Part shown: piece after piece, positions 8,168 through 17,224 of the stretch
Numbering within the stretch: the stretch's first letter is position 1
How the letters are laid out: each line of letters begins with the position of its first letter
Source of the DNA: an uncultured virus (IMG/VR IMGVR_UViG_2706794599_000005)
Lineage: Duplodnaviria > Heunggongvirae > Uroviricota > Caudoviricetes
Virus record (IMG/VR): IMGVR_UViG_2706794599_000005
Length of the DNA: 64,000 bases
Reading direction: 5' to 3' (one strand)
Notes under the pieces: generated by a model
Seen by the model: the letters and a program-made list of their open reading frames with translations, nothing else
Told to the model about the DNA's origin: nothing
Databases searched by the model: none
Made by a program: the position numbers and the translations under genes

Positions 8168-10794
8168 GCGGCGGGTTCCTTCTGGATGATTTCAGCATCA
8201 GCCTCGAGCAGGGCGAACAGGTCGGGCATGGCCATCTCTTCCTCCGCGGACTTGCAATAGCCGGCACCGTCCAGGAAGTAGCGGGAGTTCAGTTCGTGGG
8301 CGCGGGTTCTGCGCTTGAGCTTCAGCGCGCAGTACGGGACGGTCATGATCCCGCCGAAGGGATCGAAGACCAGGTCTCCTTCCATGGAGTACTGCACGAT
8401 GGCCCGGTCGACGATGTCGAACTGCAGCGGGCACAGGTGCATTTCCTGGCCCTTGCTGTACTGCTGGGCGTTGAGCGTCCGCATGCGGGCGACGTCGGTC
8501 CATACGTCCGGGTGCCAGGACTGCGGTGGCAGCAGCATGAAGCCGGTGGGCAGCTTCCCGGTGACCTCCAGCGATTCGCCGATGCGGACGTGGTGCTCGA
8601 AGTCGTAGACGGTGGACAGGCTGTAGTCGCGGTACAGCTTGAACATCACGTCGTGCGGGATGCCTTCGAAGTCCTCTTCGGTCAGCGGACGGTTGCCGCT
8701 GCTTCGGGTGAACCCGTGGGCGTCCAACTGCCAGCGTGCCCGGCTGTAGCCGTTGCCGCGGGTGACGGTGAGCTTCTTGTCCATGGCGAAGGGGACGATT
8801 TGGCCGTCTTCGTCGATGCACAGAGGCTTTGCCTTGACCACCGGCACGTCGCCGTAGGCGTTGGAGTTGTCGGTGGGCGGCTTGCGGAAGATCAGCAAGT
8901 ACTCGGGCATGCCGACACCCATCTTGGTGCCGTCCTTGCACTGCTCCGTCCACGAAAGGCGGTAGGTCTGGGCGTTCTCGCGAACCACGTCGGTGACGAT
9001 GGTCTTCATGCCCATATAGGCCCAGCCATGCTTGACGAAGGCTCGAGTCACTTCCATGTGGAAGGGGTAGACGGTCTGGAAGCCAAGGCCGGTCATTCCG
9101 CCGGGAATGATGCGATCCTTCACGTGGATGCAGGCCAGACGCCCGGGGATGGTCACGCGCAGCAGCTCCGGGATCAGATAGTCCATCTGCTCGAAGAAGT
9201 GCGCGTTGTCGTCGGTGTGGCCGAAGTCGGCGTAGTTCGGCGAGTACTCGTACTGGGTGCTGAAGGGGATGCTGGTGATGGTCAAGCCGACGCTGTTGCT
9301 TTCCATGCGGCGGGTTTCGAGCACGGTGTCGTTGTTGACGATGGTGTAGTCCTTGCCCTTGATCTCGACGCGCTCCACGCCCATGGAGCGGGTGAGGGTC
9401 TGTGCCATGGCGGCCACGGACAGGCCGTACTGCTTGATGATCTCGGTCATGCGCTGAACCATGGTGTTGTGCTGCTGCCACTTCCGTTCGAGTTGGCGGC
9501 GGATGTCGCGCTCGGCCTCGGTATAGATCAGGTCGATGCGCACGCGGCCGGTCTGCAGGAATCGGTGCAGGCGGTGAATGGACTGGATGAAGTCGTTGAA
9601 CTTGAAGCCGATGCCCAGGTAGATGGCCCACGAGCAGTGGCGCTGGAAGTTGCAGCCGCTGCCTGCGATCACCGGCTTGGCAGCCAGTTCCTGGAACTCG
9701 CCGTCGCTGAACTGGACAATCGCGCGTTCGCGCTCTTCCAGATCCTGGGCGCCGTAGACGCTGACGGCGTCGGGGATAGCGGCCTCGATCGCGTGGCGTT
9801 CCGCCTCGAGGTCATGCCAGATGATCCGGTGAGCATCTGGAGCTTCGGCCCGGATCTCCATCAGTTTGGCGATCCTGGCAGGAAGGCTCTCGCGCTTCTC
9901 TGCGGCGGCGTCCTGCACGCCAATGGCGGTGTTGCGAAGCAGGCGGCCCTGGCCATTACGCTCATGGCCAGCGTGCGAGTGGTCGGACGGTACTTCGTGC
10001 CAGCGGATGTCCAGTTCCGGTAGCGCGTAGCCTTCGTCGCTGAACCCGAGGTCGCTGGGGCGCTGAACGAAGATCGCCCAGGACGCCACCCACATCCAGA
10101 ACTCGCCCTCTTTGTGGGCATGGATGGTGAGTTGGTCGGCCTTCTCAGAGTTGCGTTTGAAGAACCTGGTCTTGGCCTGGCCGACATCCATCACGCCGAG
10201 GAAGGCCGAGTAAGCCAGTAGCTCGATGTATTCGTTCGGGCTTGGCGTGGCAGTGGCCACGTACCGGTACCGGACGCCATCGCCGCGGATGCCGGCGGCG
10301 CGATCGTCACCAGCGAACAGAGCCATGAACTCGCGGAACGTCTTGCTGCCGCCGAAGCCGCGAAGGCAACTGGCTTCGTCCAGGCTTGCTACGCTGAACC
10401 GGCGAGGGTCGAGCTTGCCGTCGCGGACGGTCTCGTAATTGGTCAGGTAGATGGTGGCGGGGTCGTCTACCTCGTCGAAACTGCGGATGAACCGGACGGT
10501 GATGCCGAGCATCGCGGCGTCGCGGTAGAACTCCTGGCGCACACCCAGCGGAATGGTGATGAGAGCGTAGCCGCCGGCTAGGTCGCGGGTGACGCGCACC
10601 ACCTCAAGCTGCATTACCGACTTGCCCAGGCCGAAGGCCGCGAAACAGGCCGCGCGGCCTTGGCGCACCAGCCAGGTGGCGATGGCGCGCTGGTGCGGCT
10701 TGAGCAGGGGGTTGAAGGCCGAGGGCTCCACTTCGAATCCTTTCGGCTCGGCGAGGCGGACCTTCGCTCGCAAGAAGTCTTCATAGGCGGTCAT
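8164..10794 (-). CDS. SNF2-like helicase fused to an N4/N6 DNA methyltransferase domain
   Basis: GLGKS, LDEAS, TATP and QSIHRLHR helicase motifs; C-terminal TSIPF and FDPFGGIMT MTase motifs. Confidence 0.85.
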   Translation of the reverse strand: MTAYEDFLRAKVRLAEPKGFEVEPSAFNPLLKPHQRAIATWLVRQGRAACFAAFGLGKSVMQLEVVRVTRDLAGGYALITIPLGVRQEFYRDAAMLGITVRFIRSFDEVDDPATIYLTNYETVRDGKLDPRRFSVASLDEASCLRGFGGSKTFREFMALFAGDDRAAGIRGDGVRYRYVATATPSPNEYIELLAYSAFLGVMDVGQAKTRFFKRNSEKADQLTIHAHKEGEFWMWVASWAIFVQRPSDLGFSDEGYALPELDIRWHEVPSDHSHAGHERNGQGRLLRNTAIGVQDAAAEKRESLPARIAKLMEIRAEAPDAHRIIWHDLEAERHAIEAAIPDAVSVYGAQDLEERERAIVQFSDGEFQELAAKPVIAGSGCNFQRHCSWAIYLGIGFKFNDFIQSIHRLHRFLQTGRVRIDLIYTEAERDIRRQLERKWQQHNTMVQRMTEIIKQYGLSVAAMAQTLTRSMGVERVEIKGKDYTIVNNDTVLETRRMESNSVGLTITSIPFSTQYEYSPNYADFGHTDDNAHFFEQMDYLIPELLRVTIPGRLACIHVKDRIIPGGMTGLGFQTVYPFHMEVTRAFVKHGWAYMGMKTIVTDVVRENAQTYRLSWTEQCKDGTKMGVGMPEYLLIFRKPPTDNSNAYGDVPVVKAKPLCIDEDGQIVPFAMDKKLTVTRGNGYSRARWQLDAHGFTRSSGNRPLTEEDFEGIPHDVMFKLYRDYSLSTVYDFEHHVRIGESLEVTGKLPTGFMLLPPQSWHPDVWTDVARMRTLNAQQYSKGQEMHLCPLQFDIVDRAIVQYSMEGDLVFDPFGGIMTVPYCALKLKRRTRAHELNSRYFLDGAGYCKSAEEEMAMPDLFALLEADAEIIQKEPAA

Positions 10795-10813
10795 GCTGTT
10801 TCCTTGAGGAACG

Positions 10814-10896
10814 GCACGCACCGGACGCCGCCCTGCCTGACAGGGCGGCCCACGAGGCATGGTTGAATCGCCCACAGGGCGGCGTCCGGTGCGTGC
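10814..10896. repeat. Perfect 22-bp inverted repeat (39-nt loop)
   Basis: GCACGCACCGGACGCCGCCCTG at 10814-10835 and its reverse complement at 10875-10896. Confidence 0.9.
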
Positions 10897-10936
10897 TGGG
10901 AGAGAAAGCGCCCCGGGTGGGGCGCTGTATCGAGGG

Positions 10937-12682
10937 TCAGGCTGCAGCCTGGTGCTGCTGGTCGACGAGTTGCCCGGCGTCGATCCAGACCGCTTGTAGC
11001 CAGGTCGGCGTCTTCGCCATCGCCTCCTTGAGCGTGCCGGCGACGATCAGCGTGTCGATCTCGCCGCCGGCGGCCAGGCTCTGGAACAGCTTCATCGCCT
11101 GCTGAGTGCGAGCAGGGATATCCAGCACGTCGAGGCGATCCAGCAGCGCCAGGCGAAGACCGGAGATCGTCGCGATGGCCAGGGCCAGCGTCGCGTCGCA
11201 CCGCCAGCGTTCGGACTCGGATAGCAGGCCGTACAGTCGGCCGCCGAACGTGACGTCGATGTCGGCGCTGATCTGCACGGGCGACCAGCCGGCGGTGCCG
11301 GATAGGCGCTGCAGCAGCTCGTTCACCGGCCCGATCGCATCGGCCAGGATCTCAGCCGGGATTCCGGTCGGCGACAGCGCGTCGGCCATGCCGGTCCACG
11401 CCACCACATCCCGGTGCGCGGCCTGCGCTTTCGCGATCGATGCCTCACGCTGGGCAGCCGCTTCCATGGCTTCCTGAAGGGCCACCAGCTTCGCGCGGCT
11501 CGCGTCGCGGGCCTGCCGCAGCTCGTTGATAGCCTGCTCGCCGTTGGCGATCGCTTCGGCGCTGGGCGCGTCGGCGGACTCGGTTTCCAGGGCCTTGATC
11601 TGCTCGGCGGCGGCCAGGCACTCGTCCAGGTCCCGCTGGCTGTTCGCCACGGCGCGCTGAGCACTGGCCAGATACTCGCGGTATTCCGGCAGACGCTTGG
11701 CTGCCTCGGCGTCAGCGATCTTCTCAGGCGGCTGATGCACCACCAGAGCACCGGCCTGCAGGTCGACCGCGCCCTGACAGTGGGGGCAGGTCAGCGGCTG
11801 GTGCGGCACGCTGCCGGACGAGGCCAGTTCGGCGGCCATGACCTTCTCGGACCACTCGTCCTGGTTCTGCTCGTCCGTGCTCAGCTTGTTGCGGCGGCGC
11901 GGCTCCAGGTCGACCAGGTCGCGCAGCTTGGTGATGCGCTGGGCGCGGCCGTCGGCAGCCTGGCGGGCCTGTTTGCTGGCGCCCAGGGTCTGCTGCGCCT
12001 CGGCGAGGTCATCCTCGAACTGCTGCAGGTTCTTGCCGGCCTCGGCGACCTGGTCATCGGTCACCACGGTGGCCACCAGCTCCGGCGCCCAGTCGACAGC
12101 CTTCTCGCTGCCGTAGTTCTCGCCGGTGATCGCCTTCCAGGCGCCGCGCGCTTCGCTGGCGTAGGCCTTGGCCTGCTCCACCGCTGCAGGGAAGCCGGTG
12201 CGCAGCAGGGGCTTCACCTTCTCGAACAGCTTCAGGTCCAGGCCTTTGGATTCAAGACGCTTGCCGACTTCCGCCGGGCTGGCGCTGGCGCCGCTGAGTT
12301 CGAACAGCACCTTGCGGCGCTCCTTCGAATCCAGCGCGGCGAAGAGGCTGGCGTCCAGCACGTAGGGCAGGAACGGCGAGTCGGCCAGCGGGGCGCTCTT
12401 GCCGGTGGGCAACATAACCCAGGCCGTCTGCTCGTCACCGCCGTTGTCGAGGAAGGTGACGTGCGCCTCGCCCTTCTTGGCGCCCTCGGTTACCAGCTTG
12501 TCCATCTCCTTCTTCAGTGAGACGCGGCGCGGCTGGCCGTTGAAGGCCATGGCGATGGCGTCGAGCAGCGAACTCTTGCCGGCGCCGTTGTGGCCGGCCA
12601 CCAGGAGCACCGGCGCAGAAACATCAAGGGCCGCATGACGCAGCCCTTGGAAGTTGGTGATTTCGAGTTTCGTGATGCGCAT
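10937..12682 (-). CDS. SMC/Rad50(SbcC)-like ATPase
   Basis: Walker A GHNGAGKSS, coiled coil with central CPHC, LSESE signature, LLDRLD Walker B-like motif. Confidence 0.85.
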   Translation of the reverse strand: MRITKLEITNFQGLRHAALDVSAPVLLVAGHNGAGKSSLLDAIAMAFNGQPRRVSLKKEMDKLVTEGAKKGEAHVTFLDNGGDEQTAWVMLPTGKSAPLADSPFLPYVLDASLFAALDSKERRKVLFELSGASASPAEVGKRLESKGLDLKLFEKVKPLLRTGFPAAVEQAKAYASEARGAWKAITGENYGSEKAVDWAPELVATVVTDDQVAEAGKNLQQFEDDLAEAQQTLGASKQARQAADGRAQRITKLRDLVDLEPRRRNKLSTDEQNQDEWSEKVMAAELASSGSVPHQPLTCPHCQGAVDLQAGALVVHQPPEKIADAEAAKRLPEYREYLASAQRAVANSQRDLDECLAAAEQIKALETESADAPSAEAIANGEQAINELRQARDASRAKLVALQEAMEAAAQREASIAKAQAAHRDVVAWTGMADALSPTGIPAEILADAIGPVNELLQRLSGTAGWSPVQISADIDVTFGGRLYGLLSESERWRCDATLALAIATISGLRLALLDRLDVLDIPARTQQAMKLFQSLAAGGEIDTLIVAGTLKEAMAKTPTWLQAVWIDAGQLVDQQHQAAA

Positions 12683-12685
12683 GGC

Positions 12686-13450
12686 TCACTCCAGGTCGAG
12701 GGCGATATCCCCCGGCTTCTTGACGACGCGGTAAGTGTTCAACTCGCGGGACTCCTCGTTTTCCTGCTCGAGCACGATGACTCCCTGGTCCAGCAGTTGG
12801 AGAACGACGCGCTCGGCTTCCTCGGTGGTGAGAGCGAAGCGCGATTGCAGCCAGGCCGCGTCGAACACGTCCTTCTTGGTGGCGACGCCGATGGCGATCT
12901 CGCCCAGGGTGTGGCCGGCGAAGCGCTCGACGGTGAGTTGCGGCAGCTCTTGGAACTCGGCATCGCCGACGTCGCTGTCGTCTGCTGGTTGCATACCGCC
13001 CCAGGCGCCGGCGTCTTCCATGTCGTGGTCGCCGCCATTCAGGTCCAGCGGGTTCTGGTCCGGGTCAGGCTTGACCTGGTCCATGCCCTCGGTGAACTCG
13101 TTGGCGCCGCCGATGATGAGCAGGCAATCCTTGTTCACCGCGAACAGCAGGTCCTCCTTGTGAGGGCTGCTCGGATTCACCACGAATACGGCCTTCATCT
13201 TGTCCTTCGCGGTCATCGACTCCAGCTTGCCGTAGACCGTGTCGCGGTCGCCGCCGGCAATGGTGTGGACCGCGATGGTGGCGGCATTCCGTACCTGGCG
13301 CTCCAGGCGGTCGATGATGTCCTGCTGCTTGGCCTCGGGAAGCTTCTGCCAGCAGTCCGGCATGATCCGGATTTCCTGGATCAGTCCCTGCAGCAAGCTC
13401 TTGCCGAGCGTGTCGGCGGTCATGTTCATGAAGTGCGGGTTGTTGCTCAT
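12686..13450 (-). CDS. Hypothetical protein with C-terminal winged-helix (FtsK-gamma-like)
   Basis: 254 aa; C-terminal LQSRFALTTEEAERVVLQLLDQGVI. Confidence 0.55.
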   Translation of the reverse strand: MSNNPHFMNMTADTLGKSLLQGLIQEIRIMPDCWQKLPEAKQQDIIDRLERQVRNAATIAVHTIAGGDRDTVYGKLESMTAKDKMKAVFVVNPSSPHKEDLLFAVNKDCLLIIGGANEFTEGMDQVKPDPDQNPLDLNGGDHDMEDAGAWGGMQPADDSDVGDAEFQELPQLTVERFAGHTLGEIAIGVATKKDVFDAAWLQSRFALTTEEAERVVLQLLDQGVIVLEQENEESRELNTYRVVKKPGDIALDLE

Positions 13451-13462
13451 CGGGAATGGGTC

Positions 13463-13663
13463 CTATTCGTTGGCGATCCGTTCCAACTGCTCGAGTTGGG
13501 CGTCGCTGAGGTAGGTGTGGGCGCCGTAGCGCTGGAAGTTGCTGCGGAGGTCGGCCAGGAACTGCTCGTCCCAGTCCGTAGCGGCGTTGAGCTCGGCCGC
13601 GCCGAGTAGCGCGGCGAACTCCCCGACTTGGCCGTACCGCTCAAGGACAGTAAGGCTGGGCAT
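13463..13663 (-). CDS. Hypothetical phage protein
   Basis: 66 aa ORF in the recombination operon. Confidence 0.65.
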   Translation of the reverse strand: MPSLTVLERYGQVGEFAALLGAAELNAATDWDEQFLADLRSNFQRYGAHTYLSDAQLEQLERIANE

Positions 13664-13669
13664 GGCCGG

Positions 13670-14560
13670 CTACTCGAGATTGAGCTCGTCGGTGCCGGTG
13701 TCCGGCTGCTGGCCCGGGGCGGGTTCGGTGATTTCGCCCGTCTCGGTGTTCACGCCGTCCGGGACCTGGTCCTGAGACTGGTCGTCAACAACGCTGTATT
13801 CGCCGGTGAGGATGGACGCGTTGTCCTGGTCCAATCCGGCGTCGGCGCGTTCGTCCAGGGTGACTGCGGTCTGCAACTCGATGCTGACCGGCAGGTACTT
13901 GAACAGCCGGCGGATGACGGTCTTCTTGGCCATCTCTTCGTAGTGGGTGACCCAAGGCCCGTTTCCGGATGCCTTGCTGGTGGCGCGTACTTTGTCGACG
14001 TCGGCCTTGCTCATGACCTCGAATTGCACGCCGCCGTCCTTCAGCTTGGCGACCGCGTAGACGTGGGTCATGACGCCGCGTTCACCTTCTCCCGGAACGT
14101 GCTGGACGTCTTCGTCGAGGCCGTAGCGATAGCTGAACTGGTCGTTCTGGTGCACGGTGCGCGCGGTGAGCGAAACGATCTGGCCGGAGCGCCGGGCAAG
14201 GTCAATCATCCCGCGGTAGCCGATGATCAACTGGACGTTCGACAGGCCATCTTTCGCCTTGCCGTTGCCGAACGGCAGCAGATAGGCATGGCCGAGAGCG
14301 TTACCCGGTTCCAGGCCGAGCTGCGCGCATTGCATCACGGCGCCGAGGAAACTCTCCTGATTGCATTTCGCCAGGGCCGGTACTTTGCGGATCTCGGTCA
14401 GCGCGATGCGCGCGAGTCGATCGGCGGTCATGTGCTTCGGAAGCGCCAGGGCCATCTGGGCTTTGATTTTCGGATCAGTCATCAGGTGGGCCAGCGTTTT
14501 CGGCTGGCCATTGTTGGCGACATTGCCGGTCGCGGCGGCTTTCAGGGCGGTTGCGGACAT
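13670..14560 (-). CDS. recT: RecT single-strand annealing protein
   Basis: QLGLEPG..LGHAYLLPF..QLIIGYRGMIDLARRSG..EMAKKTVIRRLFKYLPVS. Confidence 0.95.
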   Translation of the reverse strand: MSATALKAAATGNVANNGQPKTLAHLMTDPKIKAQMALALPKHMTADRLARIALTEIRKVPALAKCNQESFLGAVMQCAQLGLEPGNALGHAYLLPFGNGKAKDGLSNVQLIIGYRGMIDLARRSGQIVSLTARTVHQNDQFSYRYGLDEDVQHVPGEGERGVMTHVYAVAKLKDGGVQFEVMSKADVDKVRATSKASGNGPWVTHYEEMAKKTVIRRLFKYLPVSIELQTAVTLDERADAGLDQDNASILTGEYSVVDDQSQDQVPDGVNTETGEITEPAPGQQPDTGTDELNLE

Positions 14561-14572
14561 GCTGGGCTCCGG

Positions 14573-15481
14573 TTACTTGAGGCGGAAAACGCGGGATTCG
14601 CTGGTCTTCTTGAACTGCTCGAACAGCGCGGGGTGGGCTTCCTTGAAGGCGGATTGGTCGAAGCGGTTGGTGGTCTGGGACTTCCACGTCAGTACCGACT
14701 TGCCGTTGACCGTGAGTTGGGCGTGGTCCTGCATGAAGAGCTTGATGCGCTCCTCTGCGGACTCGATCTCGTACTCCAGGCCCTTGGCCTTGGCTTTCAG
14801 TTCGCGCAAGCGGTTGAACACCTCCACGACCTTGCCATCGGCCTCGATGCTGGTTCCGGCGTCACGTTCGAACAGCCGGAGCATGTCGCTGACAGCGGTT
14901 GCTTCAGGCGGATCCAGGCGCTGGATGCGTCCCCAGAACTCGACCTCCTTCTCGCGAATCGCCGCGATGGTTTCGTCGTCCCGCTCGACGCGGTACACGC
15001 GGAAGTCGTCGCCGCCGATCAGTACGCCGAAGATGCAGACCTGGCGGCCGGTGACCATCAGGCCGTGCATGGCCTGGGCGGTGTAGTGGACTGGAATGGC
15101 ATCGGTCTGAACCTCACCCCAGTCCTTTGCCTTGAACGGGCTGACCGTCTTGATCTCGATGTTTTCGCCGCTGGCGGCCTCGGCGTCGATCTCGGCAGCC
15201 ATGAAATCGTGCTGCTGGTCGCGGTAGCGGTTTCCGCGACCGATGATCTTCAGGCCGGTCTCTTCGGCCAGCAGGTCGATGACGTAGGGCTCCATCCGCT
15301 GGCCACGGGTGAAAATCTTCTGCTTCGCCGGGTCGACGGGACCGGTGCGCGGCTGGACCTTATCCAGGTACACGTCCAACGGAGTGCGCCAGGGGCTGAT
15401 GCCGAGGATGCCGGCGACATCGCTGCCGCCAAGGTACTTGGTGCGGTCGAGCGCGCCGACCGATGCGAGAGCTGCAGACAT
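14573..15481 (-). CDS. YqaJ-like viral recombinase exonuclease
   Basis: YLGGSDVAGILGISPWRTPLDVYLDK and EIKT motifs; adjacent to recT. Confidence 0.92.
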   Translation of the reverse strand: MSAALASVGALDRTKYLGGSDVAGILGISPWRTPLDVYLDKVQPRTGPVDPAKQKIFTRGQRMEPYVIDLLAEETGLKIIGRGNRYRDQQHDFMAAEIDAEAASGENIEIKTVSPFKAKDWGEVQTDAIPVHYTAQAMHGLMVTGRQVCIFGVLIGGDDFRVYRVERDDETIAAIREKEVEFWGRIQRLDPPEATAVSDMLRLFERDAGTSIEADGKVVEVFNRLRELKAKAKGLEYEIESAEERIKLFMQDHAQLTVNGKSVLTWKSQTTNRFDQSAFKEAHPALFEQFKKTSESRVFRLK

Positions 15482-15547
15482 AGGAAATCCTTGCCGCGCC
15501 AGGCGCAGCTGCTGATAAATTCGGTGTTTTTGAGAGGGAGTTCAGAA

Positions 15548-15832
15548 ATGGCAAAAGCGAAGATTATTCAGGCTCCAAAACCGCAGAACGGCTTCTATGT
15601 CGGAACTACGAAGAACACCGGCCTAAGCCAGCGAGAAAGCCTTGAAGAGATCATGATCAATCTGGCTACAGCGCTCGGTGTGAACGAAATACACAAGGCT
15701 CTGACGGCCCGTGATAGCTACATCTATGAGCCGCAAAAGAAGGGACTCTATTTCTCCTATCAAAGCGCGACGAACACGATCCTCGATCTTTCCCGTAAGG
15801 TCCTGGAAGCCGAGAAGGCTAGAAAGCCCTAA
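15548..15832 (+). CDS. Counter-oriented low-GC accessory (moron) gene, 94 aa, unknown function
   Basis: GAGGGAG RBS, extended -10 TGATAAATT, AT-richer codons, opposite to the surrounding operon. Confidence 0.75.
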   Translation: MAKAKIIQAPKPQNGFYVGTTKNTGLSQRESLEEIMINLATALGVNEIHKALTARDSYIYEPQKKGLYFSYQSATNTILDLSRKVLEAEKARKP

Positions 15833-15959
15833 TTGCCTGAGCTGCGGCTGGTTGCTCGCCGGTAATGTGGCCGGCGGTGGCGGGGCCGAGGATCAGAAAG
15901 AGGTAGAAGGCGCAGGCGAGCAGGGCGCCGAGGAGGGTGGCTTTACGCTTCGCGTTCAT
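15819..15959 (-). CDS. Small membrane peptide (46 aa)
   Basis: MNAKRKATLLGALLACAFYLFLILGP; ATGA overlap with upstream gene. Confidence 0.55.
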   Translation of the reverse strand: MNAKRKATLLGALLACAFYLFLILGPATAGHITGEQPAAAQAIRAF

Positions 15960-16195
15960 GACTTCACCTTCTTCAGCACGGCGGTGAGCAGCCGGTAGTA
16001 GCGCGCGAAGCGCTCTGGGTTGGCCTCCTCAAGCCGCCAGCCCGGATCGCCGCAGCCGCAGGAGCAGCCGCGCTCAATCGGGAAGTGCTTGTTGATGATC
16101 GCCCTGGCCTCGGCATTGATTGCCGCCCGGCGCGTCAAGAAGCGGCGCCGCGCCGTAGGAGCGAAGAAAACCGTCGAGAGTTGCGGCTCAATCAC
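15956..16195 (-). CDS. Hypothetical phage protein
   Basis: 79 aa, operon packing. Confidence 0.6.
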   Translation of the reverse strand: MIEPQLSTVFFAPTARRRFLTRRAAINAEARAIINKHFPIERGCSCGCGDPGWRLEEANPERFARYYRLLTAVLKKVKS

Positions 16196-16370
16196 GACGC
16201 ATCCCCAGGCACTTCCGGCCTTTCTTGATGGTCAGTGCCATGCGACGCGGGAGATTCACCACCAGGGTCTCGCGGGGCAGGCCGAGCACCGCGGCGATGT
16301 CGGCGCCGGCCGGCATCACCAGGTCGTCGAGCTGGTCGTCGATGATCGAGCGAACGGGGCGGGTGGTCAT
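16188..16370 (-). CDS. Hypothetical phage protein
   Basis: MTTRPVRSIIDDQLDD, 60 aa. Confidence 0.55.
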   Translation of the reverse strand: MTTRPVRSIIDDQLDDLVMPAGADIAAVLGLPRETLVVNLPRRMALTIKKGRKCLGMRRD

Positions 16371-16588
16371 AGGTCGATGCTCCTCAGTTCCTGCTGTCTC
16401 GCATCCGCTGCGGCGTCGAGCCGGCGGCGCATGTCGTCGTATTGCCGGGTGCCTATGGCGTCCAGCGTGTAGGCCATCTCGATCTGGCCGCGCCATACCA
16501 ACTGGTCGTGGCGCGGGATCACCGACCGACGCATAGCGACGATCGCTTCCTCGATCACGCCCTCGGCGCGCTCATTCGCCCATGCCAT
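16367..16588 (-). CDS. Hypothetical phage protein
   Basis: MAWANERAEGVIEE, GGAGGA RBS. Confidence 0.6.
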   Translation of the reverse strand: MAWANERAEGVIEEAIVAMRRSVIPRHDQLVWRGQIEMAYTLDAIGTRQYDDMRRRLDAAADARQQELRSIDL

Positions 16589-16724
16589 CGTCGTCCTCCT
16601 GCTCGTCCTCGGGCTCCGTTTCCGGCTCCGGCTGGTCCCAGAGAGGGTCGACGGCACGGTCGTAAGCGAGTTGCGCGTTGCTGAAAGCCGCGCGGTTGCG
16701 GCGCTCGCGGTATGTCCACATCAT
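16572..16724 (-). CDS. Small acidic-tailed hypothetical protein
   Basis: MMWTYRERRNR...EDEQEDDDG. Confidence 0.55.
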   Translation of the reverse strand: MMWTYRERRNRAAFSNAQLAYDRAVDPLWDQPEPETEPEDEQEDDDGMGE

Positions 16725-17224
16725 CCCCACCTCGCTGAACTGGTGTAGATCGCTTCCAGGTACTGGTCGCAGATGCGTTTGGCCCGCTCGCACCGGTCAA
16801 CGTCGAAGAGTCCGAAGTGGCATTCGGGCGGCATGATCTGGAGTTCGGCGGCGAGCCAGGCGTAGGCCTGACTGCGGGTCATCAGCTTGTCGCGCCAGAT
16901 GCGTTCAAATGGCCGCTTGCAGCGGTTGCGAGCGTCGCGCAGGGGCTTGTCGGCCAGCGTTCCCAATGGGACGTCGGTGTCGGGATGCAGGCCCACGTAA
17001 GCGCCGCAGCCCGTGCCAGTGCAGGCGTAGGCATACGGCCAGTCGCCGTACTCTCGGCCGTAGATCACCCGGTTGCTGACCAGGCGGACCAGGCCGCCGC
17101 AGTGCGGGCAGCCGATGGGGATTGGCTGAGGATGCTTGATGCGCTTCAGCGCGCCGCGGCTTACGTGCGGCAGCGGTGCCGGCGGCACCAGTTTCTCCGG
17201 GCTGTTCGCTCGTGGGTCGATCAT
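16721..17224 (-). CDS. DUF3268-family zinc-finger protein
   Basis: CPHCGG..IYGREY..CGAYVGLHP..LGTLAD..CHFGLFD. Confidence 0.8.
   Translation of the reverse strand: MIDPRANSPEKLVPPAPLPHVSRGALKRIKHPQPIPIGCPHCGGLVRLVSNRVIYGREYGDWPYAYACTGTGCGAYVGLHPDTDVPLGTLADKPLRDARNRCKRPFERIWRDKLMTRSQAYAWLAAELQIMPPECHFGLFDVDRCERAKRICDQYLEAIYTSSARWG

Noticed and set aside
6077..10794. Complete R-M, BREX or DISARM defence system
   Set aside because: The MTases sit in the CI-repressed early operon without recognisable partner genes
13628..15547. 5' part of the 734-aa plus-strand ORF
   Set aside because: Antisense shadow of recT/yqaJ; only the last 94 codons have an RBS and their own composition
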